Shown one piece after another: positions 61,350 to 64,000 of a stretch of 64,000 bases of DNA. Source of the stretch: Camelus ferus. Lineage: Eukaryota. The notes below the pieces were generated by a model that was given only the letters and a program-made list of their open reading frames with translations, did no database searches and was not told the origin of the DNA. Position numbers and translations under genes: made by a program. Each line of letters opens with the position of its first letter. The stretch's first letter is position 1. The stretch lies in contig NC_045701.1 in assembly GCF_009834535.1 (NCBI RefSeq), forward strand, positions 32,798,001-32,862,000, given 5' to 3'.

Positions 61350-64000
61350 ATCTTATTTCTAGGTCCTTTCAGAGGGAATTAAAAAGCATGGTTTTGGGCA
61401 AACTGTAATTTTCCTAGATGACCTTATGTGCCTCTAAGGCTAAAAGCTTTAGCATGAGGATGCCGTCTTCTCACGAAGAGGTTTGTGAAGGAGAGCAAAG
61501 AAGCAAGTCATCAGCATACTGCAACCAAGTAGAACCTCTAGGGAACTTTATATCATCTAGATCAGCCTTCAGGATTTATGAGAAATAAGAAAGCCTCTCA
61601 GTAAAACCCTGAGGCATTACTATCCCAGTGAATTGTTTTTCTTCAGGAGAGAAGGCAAAAAATTGGCTGGCTTCCTCAGCTGGAACTGAAGAGGGCACTG
61701 CATAAATCAATCATAGAAAAGAATTTGCTTCCAGTGGGGATGGATGTTAGTAGCTTATGATGTTTGGGAACAACAGGGTGTCAAGAGATAACAATGTTGC
61801 CTATTGCTTGGAAGTTCGGACAAACCTCCACCCTCAGCTCTCCCCCCTCCCCTATAAAATGGGAAGATTATAGGAGCCAGTACAAAGGATAATGAGCCCC
61901 TGAAACTTGTAATCTTCTATTAGGGGCTTTATGGCTTGAAGGGCTTCATTATTTACAGGGTATTGATTAATTCTGGGAAGAGGTTTTGAGGGGTCTATTT
62001 GAATCATGATGGGAGGTGTGCTGTGAATTTTGCCAATATCAATTGGAAATTTTGCTCATAAGGAGGGTAGTAGCTGATTTTACAGGGACAAATGATCAGT
62101 GTTTCCAGAATCGGATCTAGTACCACCAGGGACAGAGCAAATAAAAAATGTCACAGAGTCATTTAATTCACATGGTGGTGAATTGTCAAATTCTACTGTC
62201 CAATTCTGGAATTGCCTCCCCCTTTTGTGAGAAAGAAATTCTGGCATGATAACTCTCAAAGAAGTCTCAGCCTGATAAATAGACAGGGGCAGATAACCTA
62301 AGGAGAAAGGGGTGTGGATCTCTCAAAGGGTCTAAACAAAAGGGAATAGGGCCAGAGACGGGAACCTTTTGAGGTTCATTAGAGATCCCCACCATCTGAA
62401 CTGTTTCGGCACTCCAAGGCAGGGGCTATTTTATAGTAGTGGGTTGAGCCCCAAGAGAGTAGCCCTGGTGTCAATTAGGGCTAGAGGAGATTCATCCCCA
62501 ATCTGGAGAAACATTTCTCTAAACCGATTAAGAGGGAGGTTGGGAAGAGCTCCTGTGCTTCCTCGGAGCCCCATCCTTGAAAATTGGGAGGACATTTGCA
62601 ATGCTGGTTAGAGGGCTGCAGGCATCTGAAGCACTTACACTTTGTAACAGTCTCTTTTCCAATGCCCTGGCTTTTTACAATAATAACAGAAGCTAGGAGG
62701 GTTTTTGATTTTGTTTAGGGGACTTCATTTGCTGGAGTTGAAGATTAAGACTTTTAGCTGTCTTCATTTTAGGTGACTCATCTAGAGTGCAAGGCAGCTG
62801 GTTTGCCAGATTAACTAAATCTGGAGTGAATATTGTTTTCCGTTCAATCCTGGTCCCTTTTACTTGAAGGCAAAGGTCCCAGTTCAGCCCATTAATGAAC
62901 ATAGAGTTAAAGGCTACCTGGGTAAGTCAACTTCTGAAGGAAAACCATAATTTTCTTTAAAAATAATCTGAAGTCACTTGTAATAGTCATGATCAGATTC
63001 ATCAGATTTTTGTGTACAAGCCTAAATATTGTTCTAACCAACAGACTTTGGGAAAGCCTTGGGAATTGTCCGATAAAGTCACCTGACAGTTTCCTGAGCC
63101 TGATCATAGAGTCAGTTGTTGGGCTGACCTCTCAGTTGTAATTCTAGAGAACTTTTGGGATTTTCCCAAGTAGCAATTTTGATTCAGTGCTGGGCCTGGC
63201 CTTCACTGACAAGCATGTGAACTAGCTAATAAAAGTCAGAGAAACCAGGTTGATAAGTTTGAATGACTTTATTAAATTTCTCAGCAAATCTGTGAGGATC
63301 TTCTGTTACTTTGGGAAAATCTTTGACTATGGCTTACAGATCAGCCAAAAAATTAAGGATTGAACCTCTGGATCCTCAGAAGGCTTAATTTTAAAGGGAC
63401 AGGTTCAGGGGAAACAGGAGTGGGGAGAGTTTCAGGGGAAAAGGGAGGCTCGGTGAGAGAATTAGTGTGGGGGATCTCAGAGTATAGAGGAGGTGTAGGT
63501 GGTATAGAAGGGAAGGAGCACCATGGTGCTGGGGGCGGGGCCTGAGCACGAGGAACCGAGGAAAGAGCATGAGGTCAGAAGCCATTTTAGCTTTATTTAA
63601 CTGTTGTTTGCCTCAGTTAAGCTTAAAATTTTATTTTGCAGAAAGTCAATGTTAGGCTGCCAGTAACTTTAGGAAACCTTGAAATACCAATCAAGATAGG
63701 TGTTCCATCAGTTTTGGGAATTTTGGAGCTATGGTTTTCCAACTCGTATGGTTTTAAGAAAAGTAAGCCTGGGGATACTCTAAAGGTATTTGTCATCTAA
63801 ATAATCTGGCCTTTGGTTTTAGTGATTTCTTGGGGCATGAGGGATAAAAGTCATACTGTATCCAACCAAAATGGATAGTCAAGAAATAAACTCTCCTCAT
63901 GTTTGCCTGGAGCCCCGTGGGCTGTCCCTTAGCATAAAGTGAAGTGGAACTAAATCTACCCCCAGCAGAGCAGATAGCCTTGGTAACGAGCAAAGCAGAA
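61350..64000 (-). mobile_element. Degraded ERV1 (gamma-like) internal region: gag-pro-pol
   Basis: CCHC knuckle CYYCKKPGHWKRDC at 62688-62647, degenerate protease motif LIDTRATL at ~62480-62455, gag-like ORF fragments at 62693-63107. Continues past the window end. Confidence 0.8.

Noticed and set aside
1-64000. CRISPR arrays, rRNA genes, prokaryotic operons
   Set aside because: None seen; the DNA is mammalian with spliced genes and retroelements

Overview
Mammalian genomic DNA. It is very likely a camelid, because it carries a Vic-1-type tRNA-derived SINE at ~52 kb. The window covers the chymase / cathepsin G / granzyme H / granzyme B serine-protease locus. Bases 1-13691 form a large inverted repeat: two ~6.55-kb arms around a 590-bp spacer, each arm carrying a 5-exon cathepsin G gene. 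The two genes are nearly identical except for a hyper-diverged 10-codon patch in exon 2, a His57->Arg substitution of the catalytic His in the right-arm copy, and one Ser/Asp change in exon 4. Downstream, on the minus strand, are a granzyme H gene (exon 1 is 1 nt short), a decayed duodenase-like gene (CTG at the start position, GC donor), an orphan granzyme B exon 5 joined without a gap to a chymase pseudogene fragment, and a 100-N gap. After the gap the ~18-kb block [CTSG-GZMH-duodenase-like-GZMB 3' end] occurs again, this time with the palindrome spacer flipped, and continues into the only complete, intact GZMB gene (46022-49141). The second block repeats the same 149-N gap and differs mostly by homopolymer indels, so it is probably a second haplotype or an assembly duplication. 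From 50 to 64 kb the sequence is GZMB upstream DNA rich in L1, SINE, MIR, MaLR and ERV1 relics. All exon coordinates and translations were read by hand, and no database search was run.
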